The position numbers and the translations under genes are program-made. The notes beneath the pieces were generated by a model. That model had not been told where the DNA came from. It saw only the letters and a list, made by a program, of their open reading frames with translations, and did no database searches. DNA of 64,000 nucleotides from an uncultured Granulicatella sp. (GTDB lineage Bacteria > Bacillota > Bacilli > Lactobacillales > Aerococcaceae), in assembly GCA_963515985.1 (NCBI GenBank), contig CAUQAL010000001.1:2357-66356 (forward strand), given 5' to 3'. This document shows, piece after piece, positions 1 to 10,937 of the stretch. The number at the start of each line of letters is the position of its first letter. Position 1 is the first letter of the stretch.

Positions 1-1972
1 TCTCGATTAACATACTACGCAAAATACGAGGAACTCTGTAAAAATATTGTACATTTGAAGCTGAGACTACTTTAAAGAGTTCTTTCAAACCTGCTTGATG
101 CTTTGCAAAAATCGTAGCATGGAATGGACGACCATTTTTGAATACTTCTTCTGGGTGTAAGTTCGTATTTAATTGGTCATGATAAATCAATCCATGATCA
201 TTGGCTGCTTCTTTTAAGAAAATATGACATAAATGTCCAGTTGTTTCAGAGTCAAATACCGCACGGTGATGTTGTTCTAAGGCAACATTGTACCGTTTTG
301 CTAATGTATTTAATCGGTGAGATTTTAATTGTGGATGTAGTAATCTGGATAATTCTAATGTATCAATGACCGGTTGAGTTGTTTTCTCCAAGCCTTCTTT
401 TTCATATCCAGTATTTAAAAATCCCATATCGAAACTGGCATTATGCGCAACTAAAATCGTATCTTTTGTAAATGCTGCAAATTCTTTTAATACTTGAGCT
501 TGTGATTTAGAACCACGAACCATATCATCTGTAATGCCTGTTAATTGAATTGTTGTCGCAGATAAAGGATGTCCAGGGTCAATAAATTCTTCAAACTTAT
601 CAATGACATTTCCTTTATGCATTTTAACGGCAGCTAATTCAATAATAGAATCATAAATGGCTGATAAACCTGTTGTTTCCACGTCAAACACGACATACGT
701 TGCATCTTCTAATAAAATATGCTGTGGATTATAGGCAACATTCACTTGGTCATCGACAATATTTCCTTCTAATCCATATAAAATTTTAATATTATTACCT
801 TTTCCTGCTCCATGAGCTTCTGGATACGATTGTAAGTTTGCATGGTCTGTAATGGCTACAGCAGGATGTCCCCATTTAGCTGCTTGTTTCACTAAATCAC
901 TCGCGGAATTAGTGGCATCCATGACCGACATATTCGTATGCAAATGTAATTCAATTCGTTTTTGGTCTTCTGGCGCACGATCGATTCGTCCAATATGCTC
1001 CACTTTATTCATATCTCGAACAATCATGTTTAATTCTTGAGAAAATTTGTTAGTCTCAATATTTCCATAAGCTTTTACCCATGTTCCTTTTTTTAGGGCA
1101 GCTAAACGTTCTTCATCTTCAGCTGTTGAGGGAAATAAAGTTGCCCCAATTGATGAAGTGTAATCCGTCATTTTAATATTCGCAAAGGACTTCCCACTTG
1201 CTTTTCTTGTACGAATTTCAATATCAAAAATTTGTGCCTCGACTAATACATTTCGCTCTTCTTCATAAATATCTGCAATTTCTCTTGTTTCTAAATTACT
1301 ACGAATCGCTTTTCCATATAAAATGGAGGAATCTGTATTAACAGCAGCTGGTTTCGAAGCAACAGCTTCTTGAACTTCTTTTTTTTGAACAGCTTTTTCT
1401 TGATATTCTTGTTCAATCGTTTCATGTTTAATGCGTAACTCTTCTTCTAATTGACTTCCCAATTCATCATTGACAATAATATCAACGCCCATTTTGGGAA
1501 AACCAAAATTCTCAAAGTATTGTTGAATTTTTTTGATGTAATTTTCATTGACATGAGATTTGGTAATTTCATTTGGACAATGAAATTGTATTTTCTTCTG
1601 ATTCCAAGTAGGAATTTGTCCAGAAAGTAATTGGACAACAAGAGGTGATTCTTGTTGTAATTGGAAGAGAACCATTTCCCAATATGCTTGAATTTGTTCT
1701 TGTGTAATTTCTGATTCTTCTCTTGTTTTAACTACTAATTTTACTTGAGCAATTTTTTCATAGGTCTGTTTTAATTGTTCATAGAAACGTTTAAATTTTT
1801 CATACTGAACGACTTGATTCGTCTCAATATTAAAGCACCATTCTGGAATACTTTTTGTAATATCAATTTTTGTTAATGAGGCTTGATCAAAATCTGGTTG
1901 TAAAAACTCTTCTTTGTCTAACTGCAATTGATTCATTAATGTTAAAAATAATTGTTGTTGATGTTCTGACAC
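1..1972 (-). CDS. polC: DNA polymerase III PolC-type alpha subunit, N-terminal part (runs off window start)
   Basis: Minus-strand reading gives PHP motifs (IELHLHTNMS, AITDH) and a DEDDh exonuclease (VVFDVETTG, VAHNASFD, HHRAVFD). GTG at 1972 is preceded by GAGAGGAG. Not in the ORF track because it is truncated. Confidence 0.95.
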   Translation of the reverse strand, partial: MSEHQQQLFLTLMNQLQLDKEEFLQPDFDQASLTKIDITKSIPEWCFNIETNQVVQYEKFKRFYEQLKQTYEKIAQVKLVVKTREESEITQEQIQAYWEMVLFQLQQESPLVVQLLSGQIPTWNQKKIQFHCPNEITKSHVNENYIKKIQQYFENFGFPKMGVDIIVNDELGSQLEEELRIKHETIEQEYQEKAVQKKEVQEAVASKPAAVNTDSSILYGKAIRSNLETREIADIYEEERNVLVEAQIFDIEIRTRKASGKSFANIKMTDYTSSIGATLFPSTAEDEERLAALKKGTWVKAYGNIETNKFSQELNMIVRDMNKVEHIGRIDRAPEDQKRIELHLHTNMSVMDATNSASDLVKQAAKWGHPAVAITDHANLQSYPEAHGAGKGNNIKILYGLEGNIVDDQVNVAYNPQHILLEDATYVVFDVETTGLSAIYDSIIELAAVKMHKGNVIDKFEEFIDPGHPLSATTIQLTGITDDMVRGSKSQAQVLKEFAAFTKDTILVAHNASFDMGFLNTGYEKEGLEKTTQPVIDTLELSRLLHPQLKSHRLNTLAKRYNVALEQHHRAVFDSETTGHLCHIFLKEAANDHGLIYHDQLNTNLHPEEVFKNGRPFHATIFAKHQAGLKELFKVVSASNVQYFYRVPRILRSMLIE

Positions 1973-2059
1973 TTCATCACTCCTCTCTAAAACTGAAAAA
2001 ATAAGTGTGGTTTTCTATTATGTTACTATAGAAAACCATCACTTACCTCCTGTTCATTG

Positions 2060-3322
2060 TTAAAATAATTTACTAATATCGTTCCATGTCACTAAAATCA
2101 TTAAAATGATTAAGAACACTGCACCTGCAATTGTAATATAGGATTCCTTTTCAGGACTTAGTGGTTTCTTACGAATTCCTTCGATAATATTCAACACTAA
2201 TTTTCCTCCATCTAATGCAGGAATTGGTAATAAATTCATCATTCCTAAATTGGCACTAATTAATCCTAAGAAATTCAAAACAGAAACAAATCCACTTTGA
2301 GCCACTTGAGATGTATGAGAAAAAATTGCTACTGGACCACCTAAATGATTAATAGAAAATCCTTTTGTAAAGAATGATGCAATCGTTAAGAATACAGAAC
2401 TAATCACAAACCATGTTTGAGTAAAACCATAAAGTACTTTAGATAAAACATCTGTTTTCTTCGCAGCTTCAATTCCTAAAATACCAACTTTAGAACCATC
2501 TGATAAATCATACGCTTTAGGTGTTACAACAATCGTTTGTTGATTCCCATTTCGTTCAATCACAAGTTTAGTTTCAAGGTCAGCACGTGGAGAAATTTGT
2601 TTACTAATGTCTCCCCATTTTTGAACTGTCTGTCCTTCAATTTCAATAATTTTATCTCCAACTTGTAACCCAGCTACTTGAGCTGCAGAATCAGTTGCAA
2701 AGTTTCCAACTACTGCTTCATTAGAAGGAACTCCACCAGCTAAAAATGCCACGATAATAAATGTAATAATCGATAAAATAAAATTATTCATTGGTCCTGC
2801 AAAGTTCGTTAACATACGGTCTTTTAAACTTGCGGAATTAAACTGACGTTCAATCGGAGCAACAACTACTTCTGTTCCATCTTCTTCAATAATGGTTGCT
2901 GTTTTAGAAACTATTAAAATGTCTAATTCTTCTTTTTGAGGTTTATATCCTCTTACTTCCATTTTATCTTGCAAATCACAAGATTCAATTTGGAAAGGAA
3001 TTCCTTGTTCTAATTCAGTTGATGGATCAAATGAAATTTGTTGAACCATTCCATCTTCTAATCGAAGTGTCACCATCATACCAGGTTTTATATCTTGATC
3101 ATCTTCCTCATGACCTGCCATACGAACATATCCACCAACGGGTAGTAATCGTAATGTATAAACTGTTTCACCTTTACGCACTTGGAATACTTTTGGTCCC
3201 ATTCCAATGGCAAATTCTTTTACTAAAATACCTGCACGTTTTGCAAAATAAAAGTGTCCAAATTCATGAATAATCACAATGACACCAAATACAAATAAAA
3301 ATGCAATAATTGTTTTTATCAT
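2060..3322 (-). CDS. rseP: RIP metalloprotease RseP/Eep (site-2 protease with PDZ domain)
   Basis: HEFGH zinc motif, FAIGMGP, NLLPIPALDGG; lies downstream of cdsA. Confidence 0.96.
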   Translation of the reverse strand: MIKTIIAFLFVFGVIVIIHEFGHFYFAKRAGILVKEFAIGMGPKVFQVRKGETVYTLRLLPVGGYVRMAGHEEDDQDIKPGMMVTLRLEDGMVQQISFDPSTELEQGIPFQIESCDLQDKMEVRGYKPQKEELDILIVSKTATIIEEDGTEVVVAPIERQFNSASLKDRMLTNFAGPMNNFILSIITFIIVAFLAGGVPSNEAVVGNFATDSAAQVAGLQVGDKIIEIEGQTVQKWGDISKQISPRADLETKLVIERNGNQQTIVVTPKAYDLSDGSKVGILGIEAAKKTDVLSKVLYGFTQTWFVISSVFLTIASFFTKGFSINHLGGPVAIFSHTSQVAQSGFVSVLNFLGLISANLGMMNLLPIPALDGGKLVLNIIEGIRKKPLSPEKESYITIAGAVFLIILMILVTWNDISKLF

Positions 3323-3331
3323 ATGTCCTCC

Positions 3332-4132
3332 TTAATGAGTACCAATAAATTTCAATACAATTTGAAACATAAACATTGCAAAAAATGTTGAATCAAATCG
3401 GTCTAATACTCCACCATGACCTGGAAATATATTTCCAGAATCTTTTACATTAAATCTACGTTTATAAGCAGATTCTACTAAATCACCTAATTGTCCAAAT
3501 ACGGATAAGGCAATCATTAAAATGGTCATTTCAATAAAATGAAATCCTAATGGATTGAATAATTTTAATGCAATAGTCCCTAAACCAATCGCTCCAATCA
3601 CTCCACCAATGGAACCTTCAATTGTTTTATTTGGGCTAATAGCAGGTGCTAACTTATGCTTTCCATATGCTCTTCCTGTAAAATAAGCAAACGTATCAGT
3701 TCCCCATATAATACAAAAAACAAAAACGACCATTCCAAAACCATATTCACGAACATATAAAATTCCGGAAAATCCTCCACCAACATATAAAGCTATAAGA
3801 GATAAGAAACTGACATCTTCAATAAATAATGTCTCACTTTTATATACTGTTAATGACATTAATAACATGACACAGAGGAAGAAAATATAAAAGAAATCAA
3901 CTCCTACTGGTAATTCAATAATTGGTGCTCTTGCAAAAATAATCGATAGAGTAGCTATAAGAGTTAAGACTCCTTCAATAGAAAAAATAGACAATTTCTT
4001 CATTTGAAAAAATTCAAAAATAGCCACAAATGATAAAAATGCAATAACGACTTTTAACAAATGCCCTCCAATGACTAATGCAGGGACAAACAACATCAAG
4101 GCAACAATGGCAGTGATGATACGTGTCTTCAT
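3332..4132 (-). CDS. cdsA: Phosphatidate cytidylyltransferase
   Basis: ISPNKTIEG and KDSGNIFPGHGGVLDRFDS motifs. Confidence 0.96.
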   Translation of the reverse strand: MKTRIITAIVALMLFVPALVIGGHLLKVVIAFLSFVAIFEFFQMKKLSIFSIEGVLTLIATLSIIFARAPIIELPVGVDFFYIFFLCVMLLMSLTVYKSETLFIEDVSFLSLIALYVGGGFSGILYVREYGFGMVVFVFCIIWGTDTFAYFTGRAYGKHKLAPAISPNKTIEGSIGGVIGAIGLGTIALKLFNPLGFHFIEMTILMIALSVFGQLGDLVESAYKRRFNVKDSGNIFPGHGGVLDRFDSTFFAMFMFQIVLKFIGTH

Positions 4133-4896
4133 GAAATTAATCCTCCATATCGTCTCTGACGTTTCTGGTACGTTAAAATCGCTTCTTCTAAATCTTCTTT
4201 ACTAAAATCTGGCCAAAAAATATCTGTAAAATAATATTCACTATATGCTAATTGCCATAAAAGAAAATTACTTAACCGTTGTTCTCCACTTGTACGGATC
4301 ATTAAATCTGGCTCTGATAAATCTCCTAAAAAATTCGTTTGTAAATGATTCGCAAATACTTCTTCATTAATAGATTCCGCTTCATACTCACCATTAGAAA
4401 CATCTACAGCAATTTCTTTTACTGCTTGAAGTATTTCTGCTCTAGAACCATAATTCAAGGCAAAACAAAGTGTCATTCCTGTATTATTTTTCGTATCCTC
4501 TACAGCTTTTTCTACCACACGTCTTGTTGCTTCGGGTAATTGATCGGTAAAACCAATCAAACGAATACGCATATTTCTCTCTTGCAATTCAGGCATGAAT
4601 GAACTAAAAAAGTCTCCAGGAAGTTTCATTAAAAAGCTCACTTCTTCGGTTGGTCTCTTCCAATTTTCAGTACTAAATGCATACATAGTCATCGCTTTTA
4701 CTCCTAATTCATCAGCAGCAATCGCAATTTTCTTAACTGTACTCATCCCTTCTTTATGACCAGCAATCCGAGGGAGGTTTCTACTTTTTGCCCACCGTCC
4801 ATTACCATCCATAATGACAGCAATGTGTTGAGGAATATTTGTTTTATCTAATTCAATAGTTTTCGTTTCTTTTTTCTTTTTCCAAAAAAGCATCAT
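4129..4896 (-). CDS. uppS: Undecaprenyl diphosphate synthase (isoprenyl transferase)
   Basis: HIAVIMDGNGRWA, FSTENW, RTSGEQRLSNFLLWQ; start moved to ATG 4896 behind AAAGGA. Confidence 0.96.
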   Translation of the reverse strand: MMLFWKKKKETKTIELDKTNIPQHIAVIMDGNGRWAKSRNLPRIAGHKEGMSTVKKIAIAADELGVKAMTMYAFSTENWKRPTEEVSFLMKLPGDFFSSFMPELQERNMRIRLIGFTDQLPEATRRVVEKAVEDTKNNTGMTLCFALNYGSRAEILQAVKEIAVDVSNGEYEAESINEEVFANHLQTNFLGDLSEPDLMIRTSGEQRLSNFLLWQLAYSEYYFTDIFWPDFSKEDLEEAILTYQKRQRRYGGLIS

Positions 4897-5092
4897 TTCA
4901 ATTCCTTTACTTATGAAATACTCTCTCATTGTATCAGAAAAACACCTTATTGGGTAGTTTATTCCCTTCTTTTAACCCATTCTTATACTTTACTAGACAA
5001 AGTCGTGAATGAAGGTTTCTACCATGGTGTTCTTAGGAAAAAAATGGTATAATGCTAAAGGATAAAAGCTTATTAGGAGGTAGAAAAACAAA

Positions 5093-5650
5093 ATGATTAC
5101 GATGAAAGATATTGTCTTAGAAGGTCACCCTGCTTTAAGAAAACGTGCAGAAAAAATTAGTTTTCCATTATCAGATGACTTGCAGCATTTAGCAAAAGAA
5201 ATGCTTGAATTTTTACATAATAGTCAAGACGAAGAAATTGCTGCAAAATATGAATTACGTGCTGGAGTTGGTTTAGCTGCTCCACAATTAGGAAAAGAAA
5301 TTCAAATGATTGCTCTTTTAATTCCTGGATATGAAGATGAACCTGCTCTACTTGATGAAGTCTGGATTAATCCTCGCATTTTAAGAGAATCTGTTAAGAA
5401 AACTTGCTTAAAAGAAGGCGAAGGTTGTCTATCTGTGAATAGAGACGTTCCTGGAGTCGTATTACGACCTCAAAGAATTACTGTAAAATATTTCACACCA
5501 GAAGGTGACGAAAAAGTTAAAACTTTGACTGATTATGAAGCGATTGTTGTTCAGCACGAAATTGATCACTTAAACGGAGTCATGTTCTATGATCATATTA
5601 ACCAAGCTCAACCACAATATATTCCTGAAGGAGCTGTCGTAATTGGATAA
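5093..5650 (+). CDS. def: Peptide deformylase
   Basis: GVGLAAPQ, EGCLS, QHEIDH motifs; AGGAGG RBS; TGGTATAAT extended -10 upstream. Confidence 0.97.
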   Translation: MITMKDIVLEGHPALRKRAEKISFPLSDDLQHLAKEMLEFLHNSQDEEIAAKYELRAGVGLAAPQLGKEIQMIALLIPGYEDEPALLDEVWINPRILRESVKKTCLKEGEGCLSVNRDVPGVVLRPQRITVKYFTPEGDEKVKTLTDYEAIVVQHEIDHLNGVMFYDHINQAQPQYIPEGAVVIG

Positions 5651-6341
5651 AAAAATTGCAGTGATATTTGATTTAGATGATACCCTTTATTCTAAGAGTG
5701 AAGTGTTTTTTAAAACATTTTGTCAATTCGCAACACCAAGTATAGATGCGGAAAGTCTCTATTTAACTTATCAAAAAAGAAGTGATGAGGCTTTTGAAAA
5801 ATTTTCTGCAGAAGAAATTACTCTTTCTCAATCGCATCAAGAACGAGTTTCCAATACTTTTAAAGATGTAGGGATTGAGTTATCCTCTGAAAAAATTCAA
5901 GCTTTTATTAAAGCTTACCAAGACACTTTAAATGCTATTACCCTTTCTGAAGAATGGATTGAAGTATTTCAACAATGTAATAAAGAATCATATCAAATCG
6001 CTATTTTGACGAATGGTCCAACAAACCATCAGAAAAATAAACTGTATCAATTAAACTTATCCAAATGGATTCCTGAAGATTTTTGGTTTATTTCAGAATC
6101 TATTCAAGCGAAAAAACCAAGCATTCAAGCTTTCCATCATGTCGAATCAAAAATTTCTGCTGATGAGTATTTTATGATTGGAGACGATATCCAAACAGAT
6201 ATTACTGGAGCTATTCAAGCGAATTGGCATCCGATTCAATTTATAAAATATCATCAAATGGAGCCAGGAAAGCTCTCTTGTGATGTAGCTAAAGAACCGA
6301 AGGATGTATTTCCTATAATCCAACAAAAACTACACAGATAA
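5643..6341 (+). CDS. HAD-family hydrolase (YjjG/YfnB-like nucleotidase)
   Basis: FDLDDTL motif I, LTNG, KKP, IGDDIQTD; TTG start overlaps the def stop. Confidence 0.85.
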   Translation: MDKKIAVIFDLDDTLYSKSEVFFKTFCQFATPSIDAESLYLTYQKRSDEAFEKFSAEEITLSQSHQERVSNTFKDVGIELSSEKIQAFIKAYQDTLNAITLSEEWIEVFQQCNKESYQIAILTNGPTNHQKNKLYQLNLSKWIPEDFWFISESIQAKKPSIQAFHHVESKISADEYFMIGDDIQTDITGAIQANWHPIQFIKYHQMEPGKLSCDVAKEPKDVFPIIQQKLHR

Positions 6342-6411
6342 TTGTACTTAAAGTGTATTTTTATGTTAAAATAATTTTTGAAAATAAATTGAACAAATAA
6401 GGAGTTATAAA

Positions 6412-6627
6412 ATGATTTTTAAAATTACTTACCAACCATCAAAAAATGAAGCACCACGTCGTGAAAATACTTTATCTCTATATGTAGAAGCACAAGATAA
6501 AGTAGAAGCTCGTCGCCTAGTTGACGAAAATACTGAATATAATGTTGAATTCATTCAAGAATTAGATGAAAAACATTTAGCTTATGAACAAAAAAATCCT
6601 GATTTCAAAGTTACGGTGTTTAACTAA
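6412..6627 (+). CDS. rpoY: RNA polymerase epsilon subunit
   Basis: MIFKITYQ...[13 protein letters not shown]...YNVEFI; directly upstream of RNase J1, the usual arrangement. Confidence 0.92.
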   Translation: MIFKITYQPSKNEAPRRENTLSLYVEAQDKVEARRLVDENTEYNVEFIQELDEKHLAYEQKNPDFKVTVFN

Positions 6628-8324
6628 TGAAACCAACAATCAAAAATAATGAAACGGGCGTATTCGCTTTTGGTGGTTTAGGTGAAATCGGAAAGAATAC
6701 CTATGGTGTCCAATTCCAGGATGAATTAATTATTTTAGATGCTGGAATTAAGTTCCCTGAAGATGATTTATTAGGAATTGACTATGTTATTCCTGACTAT
6801 AGCTATATTATTCAAAACCAAAGTAAAGTTAAAGGTCTCTTCATCTCTCATGGACACGAAGACCATATTGGTGGTATTCCTTTCTTAATTAAACAAGTGA
6901 ATATTCCAATTTATGCAACGAAATTGGCAATGTCACTTATTCGAAACAAGCTGGAAGAACATGGCTTACTTCGAGATGCTATCTTACATGAAATTGATGA
7001 AGATTCGGTTATTAAATTTAGAAAAACTCAAGTAAGTTTTTACCGCACTACTCACTCTATTCCAGATGCATTCGGAATTGTCATTAAAACTCCTCCTGGA
7101 AATATTGTATTTACAGGAGACTATAAATTTGACTTTACACCAGTAGGACAACCAGCTAATTTACACAAAATGGCTCAAATTGGTGAAGAAGGTGTCCTAG
7201 TTCTTTTAGGGGATAGTACGAACTCAGAAGTTCCAGGATTCACTAAATCAGAACAAGTTGTTGGACAATCGATTAAAGAAATCATTCAACGTGTGGAAGG
7301 TCGTATTATTTTCGCTACTTTTGCATCGAATGTTTCTCGTTTAAAACAAGTAACAGATGTTGCAGTAGCAACTGGACGTAAAATTGCTGTCTTTGGACGT
7401 AGTATGGAAGCTAGCTTTGCTACTTCTCGTGAATTAGGATATATTTCTGCGCCAGATGATACATTTATCGATGGTCGTGATATTAACCAATATCCTGCTG
7501 AAGAAGTGATTATTTTATGTACAGGATCTCAAGGTGAACCAATGGCTGCCTTAAGCCGTATTGCCAATGGAAATCACCGTCAAATTTCTGTACAACCTGG
7601 AGATACGGTCATCTTCTCAAGCTCTCCTATTCCTGGAAATACAGCTGCAGTAAATCGTGTGATTAACTTACTATCTGAAGCTGGAGCTGAAGTTATTCAT
7701 GGTAAATTAAATAATATTCACACTTCAGGACATGGTTCTCAAGAAGAACAAAAACTAATGTTACGATTAATGAAACCGAAGTATTTCATGCCCGTTCACG
7801 GTGAATACAGAATGCAAAAAATCCAAGCTAACTTAGCAAGTCAAGTTGGAATTCCTAAAGAGAATTCATTCATTTTAAGTAATGGAGATATTTTAGCTGT
7901 AACAAGTGACTCTGCTCGTCGTGCTGGACATTTCTATGCTGGAGATGTTTATGTAGACGGAAATGGTATTGGAGATATCGGAAATATCGTTTTACGTGAC
8001 CGTAAAACTTTATCTCAAGACGGTTTAGTGATTGTCGTTGCAACTATTGATTACAATGAACGTGAATTAGTAACAGGACCTGAAATTTTATCTCGCGGAT
8101 TTATTTATATGCGTGAGTCCGGTGAACTATTAAATCAAGCTCAGCAAATATTAAAAGAAGAATTACAAGCCTTCATTAATGAAGCTGATGAGCCTTTAAA
8201 TGAGAGATCATTACGTAATCTCATTATCGATACGTTAAATCCTTATTTATATAAACAAACAGCTCGCCGTCCAATGATTTTACCAGTCTTAATGGGTGTT
8301 AGCGCAGAAGATGTGGAAGAATAA
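6627..8324 (+). CDS. rnjA: Ribonuclease J1
   Basis: [35 protein letters not shown] overlap with rpoY. Confidence 0.96.
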   Translation: MKPTIKNNETGVFAFGGLGEIGKNTYGVQFQDELIILDAGIKFPEDDLLGIDYVIPDYSYIIQNQSKVKGLFISHGHEDHIGGIPFLIKQVNIPIYATKLAMSLIRNKLEEHGLLRDAILHEIDEDSVIKFRKTQVSFYRTTHSIPDAFGIVIKTPPGNIVFTGDYKFDFTPVGQPANLHKMAQIGEEGVLVLLGDSTNSEVPGFTKSEQVVGQSIKEIIQRVEGRIIFATFASNVSRLKQVTDVAVATGRKIAVFGRSMEASFATSRELGYISAPDDTFIDGRDINQYPAEEVIILCTGSQGEPMAALSRIANGNHRQISVQPGDTVIFSSSPIPGNTAAVNRVINLLSEAGAEVIHGKLNNIHTSGHGSQEEQKLMLRLMKPKYFMPVHGEYRMQKIQANLASQVGIPKENSFILSNGDILAVTSDSARRAGHFYAGDVYVDGNGIGDIGNIVLRDRKTLSQDGLVIVVATIDYNERELVTGPEILSRGFIYMRESGELLNQAQQILKEELQAFINEADEPLNERSLRNLIIDTLNPYLYKQTARRPMILPVLMGVSAEDVEE

Positions 8325-8339
8325 ACTATAACTATAATG

Positions 8340-8381
8340 AAAAAAGAAACATCTCGCTTTATTAAGCGAGGTGTTTCTTTT
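8340..8381. terminator. Bidirectional intrinsic terminator between rnjA and the ABC-F gene
   Basis: AAAAAGAAACATCTCGCTT-tatt-AAGCGAGGTGTTTCTTTT hairpin with A/T tails. Confidence 0.85.
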
Positions 8382-9860
8382 CTATAATTGTATTATTTTA
8401 TTAGCAATATTAGTTACAAACCGTTGATCGTGTTCGATTAAAATCAAGGTCGGTGTCACTTCTTTAATTAGTTCCTCAATTTGTATTCTTGAAATGACAT
8501 CAATAAAATTTAGAGGTTCATCCCAAATGTATAAATGAGCAGGTTTAGAAAGACTAATAGAAATTAATACTTTCTTTTTTTGACCATCACTATAGTTTTT
8601 CATATTTGTATCAAATAATTGTTTCGGAAAATCTAATTTACTTAAAATGGTCCTACAAGTAGTTTCATCTACTCCTTGGCTATTAATATAGTTTATTAAA
8701 TCTCCTTCCAAGAAAGAAGCATCTTGTGAAATATATGAAATTTCTAAATGATTTGCTATTTTTAACTCACCAATATAGTCAAGATATTGCCCTAATAAAA
8801 TTTTAATAAGTGTTGATTTTCCACTACCGTTTGCTCCGTTTATAGCAATTACATCCCCTTGTTGAATTTCAAAATTGAGATCAGAAAATAGTTTTCTTTC
8901 TCCAAATTGATAGCTCAACTGACTGGCAGATACTAACAAAGATTTGTGATGTTGTAATGGACAAAGAAATAGACTATCTTTTCTTTCAAGATCTTTTAAT
9001 AATTTTTCTTTTTCTTCGATTGCTTTTTGCTGACGCTTTTCCAAGTTTTTTGTCTTTTGCATCATTTTTGCCGCCAAATGTCCAATACGTCCTTTATCTG
9101 GCTTTATACCAGAAATTTTCACACCATTCTTCGTATTTTCAACTTTATTCGACCAAACTTTTGTCTGCCTTGCTGCCTTATTTAATCGCTCAATCTCACT
9201 TTTAATTTTTTCATTTTGATTAAACTCATACTGATCTTTCGATACTTTATTTTCATACCAAGACGTAAAATTACCTGATTGGACATCGATTGAGTTTCGA
9301 TTAAAAGAAATGACATGATTAATACATCCATCTAAAAAATCTCTATCATGAGAAATTAATAGAAATCCTTTTTTACTCTTCAGATAATCAGATACAATTT
9401 TTCTTCCATTCACATCAAGATGATTTGTTGGTTCATCAATCAATAAAAATCCATTATCTTTCGTAAATAATATCGCCAAAAGAAGTTTAGTTTGTTCTCC
9501 TTTAGAAAGAGTTTCAAATTTTCTATCCATAATACTTTCATCTAACTTCAACTGATGAAGCTCACGATACACTTTCCACTCATCTTCTTGCACTGTCCAC
9601 TCTTCCAGCAATTCTATCCCAGTCTTTGAAACATCTAGATAATTAGGTGGAAATTGAACAAATTCAACACTTTTATGAATCTTTCCTTGGTAAGATTCTT
9701 GTTCTAATAATAACTTAAACAAGGTTGATTTTCCGATTCCATTTCTACCAATTAACCCCGTTTTCCAATTGGTGTCTAAAGAAAAACTTACATTATCAAA
9801 CACAGGTTTTGTAGATGAAAAATACGAAAATGTTAAGTTTTCAATTTTTATCAATGACAT
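8382..9860 (-). CDS. lsa: ABC-F ribosomal protection protein, Lsa family (resembles Lsa(C))
   Basis: Two ABC domains with no TM segments; N-terminus IKIENLTFSY...DTNWKTGLIGRNGIGKST, signatures LSKGEQTK and YSDGQKKK, linker KNGVKISGIKPDKG match Lsa(C) as recalled. Confidence 0.85.
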   Translation of the reverse strand: MSLIKIENLTFSYFSSTKPVFDNVSFSLDTNWKTGLIGRNGIGKSTLFKLLLEQESYQGKIHKSVEFVQFPPNYLDVSKTGIELLEEWTVQEDEWKVYRELHQLKLDESIMDRKFETLSKGEQTKLLLAILFTKDNGFLLIDEPTNHLDVNGRKIVSDYLKSKKGFLLISHDRDFLDGCINHVISFNRNSIDVQSGNFTSWYENKVSKDQYEFNQNEKIKSEIERLNKAARQTKVWSNKVENTKNGVKISGIKPDKGRIGHLAAKMMQKTKNLEKRQQKAIEEKEKLLKDLERKDSLFLCPLQHHKSLLVSASQLSYQFGERKLFSDLNFEIQQGDVIAINGANGSGKSTLIKILLGQYLDYIGELKIANHLEISYISQDASFLEGDLINYINSQGVDETTCRTILSKLDFPKQLFDTNMKNYSDGQKKKVLISISLSKPAHLYIWDEPLNFIDVISRIQIEELIKEVTPTLILIEHDQRFVTNIANKIIQL

Positions 9861-9974
9861 CATATCACCTTCATTTTGAATAAGCTTTAACATTATTATA
9901 GCAAAATTTTATTTCATTAATAGGGTTAATTGTAAAATAAGGACAAAAAAAGACGACTTGCGTCGTCTTAATCA

Positions 9975-10928
9975 TTATTGAAATACATGTTGTAAGTCTT
10001 GTAGCATTAATTTAGTAGATTCTAATCCTCCACCACTTAAATACCATAAGTCAGAAGTTAAGTTTACTACTTTATTATTTTTTACAGCATTTGTAGCTTG
10101 AATTAATTCATTTTTCATTAAGGCATCTGCTTTAGAATTATCTCCACCGATGGCTAATGTACGATTTAATACAAATAAGACATCAGGATTTAATTCGCTA
10201 ACACCTTCAAAACTAATTTCTTGTCCGTGTCTGCTATCTTCAATTTTAGCATCTGTTGGACGGAATTTTAAATCTTGATATAAGAATCCAAAACGTGATT
10301 GTGCGCCAAATGCAGACATTTTACCTTCGTTTAACATAATTGCTAAACTTTTTTCGCTATGTTTTTCATTTTGAGATGCAATTGTATCAATAACTGATTG
10401 TAATTCTTTTACTTGGTCACTTGCTTTTTGTTGAGCTTCTTCGTTAAATAAACTTGCTAAGCTTTTTACATTTTTTTGGACAGAACCCCAATAATCTTTA
10501 CTATCAACATTAAAGATTACAGTTGGAGCAATTTCTTTTAATTGAGGGATAAAATCTTTTGTACGTGCAGAAGCAATAATTAAGTCAGGTTGCATTGCTG
10601 CAATTGCTTCGATATCCGGTTCTTTCATGCTTCCAACATTTTGAACTTTTTCTCCTAAATCTTTAATATACGTTGGTAATGGTTTTGTTGGCATTCCAAC
10701 GATTGTTTCACCTTGTCCAATTGCACGTAATGTATCTGCTGAACCTAAGTCAAATGTCACAATTTTCTTTGGATTTGACTTCACTTCAACCGTTTCTGAT
10801 CCATCTGTTAATTGTACTTGCTTCACTGAATTTTCTTGTGTAGTAGGTGTCACATTTGTTGATTTTGTACCACAAGAAGCTAATAAAAATGTTGCTCCCA
10901 TAACTACGGTTGTTAATAATTTTTTCAT
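9975..10928 (-). CDS. Siderophore ABC transporter substrate-binding lipoprotein (YclQ/FatB-like)
   Basis: Lipobox LASC; GSMKEPDIEAI, SRHGQEISFE, WYLSGGG. Confidence 0.9.
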   Translation of the reverse strand: MKKLLTTVVMGATFLLASCGTKSTNVTPTTQENSVKQVQLTDGSETVEVKSNPKKIVTFDLGSADTLRAIGQGETIVGMPTKPLPTYIKDLGEKVQNVGSMKEPDIEAIAAMQPDLIIASARTKDFIPQLKEIAPTVIFNVDSKDYWGSVQKNVKSLASLFNEEAQQKASDQVKELQSVIDTIASQNEKHSEKSLAIMLNEGKMSAFGAQSRFGFLYQDLKFRPTDAKIEDSRHGQEISFEGVSELNPDVLFVLNRTLAIGGDNSKADALMKNELIQATNAVKNNKVVNLTSDLWYLSGGGLESTKLMLQDLQHVFQ

Positions 10929-10937
10929 ACTTTTCTC

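Noticed and set aside
1..1972. Insertion within the PolC PHP domain as a possible intein
   Set aside because: It is the normal DEDDh proofreading exonuclease embedded in PolC; no intein motifs seen. NrdE is also uninterrupted.
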